DNA from: Chlorokybus atmophyticus
Lineage: Eukaryota > Plantae > Mesostigma and Chlorokybus algae
Assembly (NCBI GenBank): GCA_009103225.1
Contig: RHPI01001037.1
Location: 1,154,916 to 1,218,915 of the forward strand
Direction: 5' to 3'
Length of the DNA: 64,000 nucleotides
Notes under the pieces: generated by a model
What the model saw: the letters and a program-made list of their open reading frames with translations, nothing else
Databases searched by the model: none
What the model was told of the DNA's origin: nothing
Shown here: positions 61,828-64,000 of the stretch, one piece after another
How positions within the stretch are numbered: the stretch's first letter is position 1
Layout of the letters: the number at the start of each line of letters is the position of its first letter
Program-made: the position numbers and the translations under genes

Positions 61828-62570
61828 TCATACATGTACCATGTTTGTCTGTCTCACCATCTTCGCCCGTAATTTGCCCAACAGCTGCAGGTCGCGCTTT
61901 TTGTGACCATATAAGCACAGTGCTGCTATAAGTCTCCTCATCTTCAACAAGAAATGGGGTCCGAACGTGCACACTCAGGTGAACCTGACATATGTTGTGT
62001 CACCATTACGTTCAGCTTAGTAACAATGGCATGATTGGACAATGGGTGTGGCATCCTCTAAACTGGCACTTCAAGGTTGATTCCAGCAACTTACCAGATA
62101 GCCTGGTGCAAACGCCATGATTAGCTGTTTAAAATTCAAAAGATTCAACACGGGCACTGATGCATCTGATGCTGTTTGTGAGAGTGTCAGCATATCCTGA
62201 GGGTAGATACCACAAGGTAGTGCAACATCTGCCATGTACATGAATTTTGGGAATGCAGGCAAAGCTATGACCTGCAAGTCATCTACGAACCATTCGATAC
62301 AATGTGTTAGCCTGAGGAAGAGGGGCCTGTCCACGAGGGGCTGCAACCGTTGTAGCCACCTGAGCTTATATGCAAACAGGTCGTAGTTTGCCAAGTATAC
62401 ACCTGCACAGTTGCCCCATAGGAATGCCAATGCGTTGTCTGTGCTGGGTATCTTTGGCAATCGCACGAACAGGTTTGATCACACAAACTATAGCATCGTG
62501 TGCAGCAAGTGCTTAGTGAAAACCTTTCTAGTTCCAGTGCTTGCTATGACCGTTGAGCCAGTAGCCCTTC
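61828..62570 (-). mobile_element. Degraded Penelope-like retroelement RT (core through thumb)
   Basis: Across several frameshifts and stops: ML*FV*SNLFVR, RQRIGIPMG / NCAGVYLANYDLF, WFVDDL, GIYPQDMLTL, RMPHPLSNHAIVTKLNV, FLLKMRRLIAALCLYGH..LGKLRAKM..*. Homologous to the 34.2-34.6 kb relic. Confidence 0.85.
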
Positions 62571-63115
62571 TGCGTGTCACCACCCCTGCGGTGACTGTGA
62601 CATGCAGTGTAAGTGCTCCGCATTGCGTTTCTCTTCATCCGTTGCATACTCCATGTCCACATGCCCGCGCACTCTGTACTACTCTGCCTGCACACGGTAG
62701 GAGTGGAGGTGGAGTTGAAGGAGGAGAGTTTAGGCCGGTGGTCGTACTTGCAGGTGCGTATGGTTGGCTATGTGGTGTGGTGTGAAAATGCATGCTTATA
62801 ACAGCCTCGCGCTGATCCTATATACAACAGCACCTTCAATTTATACACATGTCAACTTTTCTCCCCCCGCTCCCCACCCCTCATCACCGAGCATTCCGCA
62901 GGAGGAGAACAAGATGCCACCCATGCGTTCACCATCACGTGTCTGCAGGGTGCTGCTGGCCCGGCAGCGGTGGCGGCAAGGGCGGCGGTGGGTGCGACAG
63001 GAAAGCGCCACGTGGCGGCGGAGGCAGGGGAGGGATGTACTACAGCTGTGTCGTGTCGACTGTCAGCGCTGGTGTCACCGCAGGCCTCAAGTCTAGCAGC
63101 CCACCGCTTGCCTCC

Positions 63116-63826
63116 ATGCCAGGCTCGACTGCGCGGCGGAAACGCCGCGAAGCTAAGGCAAAGGCGGAGGCGGAGGCGGAGACGGCGTGCAAGGGGCGGC
63201 TGGAGGAGTTTAGAAAGTGCCTGGCGGAGAGCGACTGCGTCAAGGTACGGCCGAAACAAGGCTGTGAGGCCAGGCCGCCCGTTGTGCGCATGTTGCGTTG
63301 CCTGCAAACTTACACTTCGACGCGAGCAAAGTGTGCCCTTGCTCACTGTATTCAGTGACACCCAAGCTGGTTCTCTGGTTTTCCAGTAGTGCATCGGCTG
63401 CATGTCTTGACCTTCTCGTGGTTATCGCTGCCCTTTACGCATGAAGGATGAAGCGGAGCATGGGCAGTCCGTTGTAGCTTGAAGGACAGACACTACCATA
63501 TCTCAGCGACGAGTCATTGAAGTGGAGGTCTCTCATTTCTACACAGGAAACAAACAGGAAAATGTATGCATCAGTGCATTTGTCACTGTAACAACGACAT
63601 GTACAGCAACCAGCCAGCAAAGGGCGTGCTTGTGCAACATGTGCACACCCAGACCCGGACACTGCTCAATCAAATACTGCGCACACATACACATATGGCT
63701 TGGTTGACGGCCTCTCCACTGCAGGTTGAGGGCAGGACTTTGAAGGAGTGCGCAGGAGGCACTGAAGGCGTGAGCAAGGAGTGCCAGGACCTGCGCACCC
63801 TCTACAAAGAGTGCAAGCGAGGAGAG
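63116..63826 (+). CDS. COA5: Cytochrome c oxidase assembly factor COA5/PET191 (3' exon beyond the window)
   Basis: ACKGRLEEFRKCLAESDCVK|VEGRTLKECA..ECQDLRTLYKECKRGE| twin-CX9C pattern. Exons 63116-63244 and 63725-63826. An in-frame upstream ATG at 63035 is an alternative start. Confidence 0.9.
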
Positions 63827-64000
63827 GTGTGTATGGCATTGTGAACTCTAGCAAAAACGTTCACGTGTGTGCTGCATGCGGGCATAACTCGTGTACGTGC
63901 ATGCATACGATTTAATATGTTCTGAGCTATGTGTCGCGTACTCTCAATCCAGTGCATGTTGGCTTCCAGCTTTCATGCAAGTCTTGCTAACTATGAAATG

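Noticed and set aside
16297-63826. Functional clustering of the two COX assembly genes (COX19, COA5)
   Set aside because: They are 46 kb apart with many unrelated genes between them; most likely coincidence.
1-64000. CRISPR array, rRNA or prokaryotic operon
   Set aside because: No regularly spaced repeat-spacer units or rRNA signatures; the genes are spliceosomal-intron eukaryotic genes.

Overview
Intron-rich eukaryotic nuclear DNA with GT-AG introns and three N gaps. The gene content (NTMC2T5, PTST-like, plastid-type ferredoxin, At1g51550-like F-box/Kelch) points to a green plant-lineage alga, probably an early-diverging streptophyte (inference). All family assignments come from manual splicing and remembered motifs, not database searches. 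The left ~40 kb is gene-dense with housekeeping genes, often head-to-head: an MTR4/HEN2-type helicase, NTMC2T5, TMEM19, COX19, a 2Fe-2S ferredoxin, RPL32, SF3A1, SEN2, PTST-like and a reticulon. The right ~22 kb is an accessory region. It holds a tandem segmental duplication with two intact paralogues of an uncharacterised secreted protein (SdrD-B-like domain plus YWTD-like propeller), a non-autonomous TIR element present in only one duplicate, microsatellites and a Penelope-like RT relic (a second relic lies at ~34.4 kb). COA5/PET191 runs off the right edge. The strongest candidate for a new system is the first gene: a divergent Mtr4-family RNA helicase that has lost its KOW domain and reads in frame, within one exon, into a complete F-box/Kelch module.
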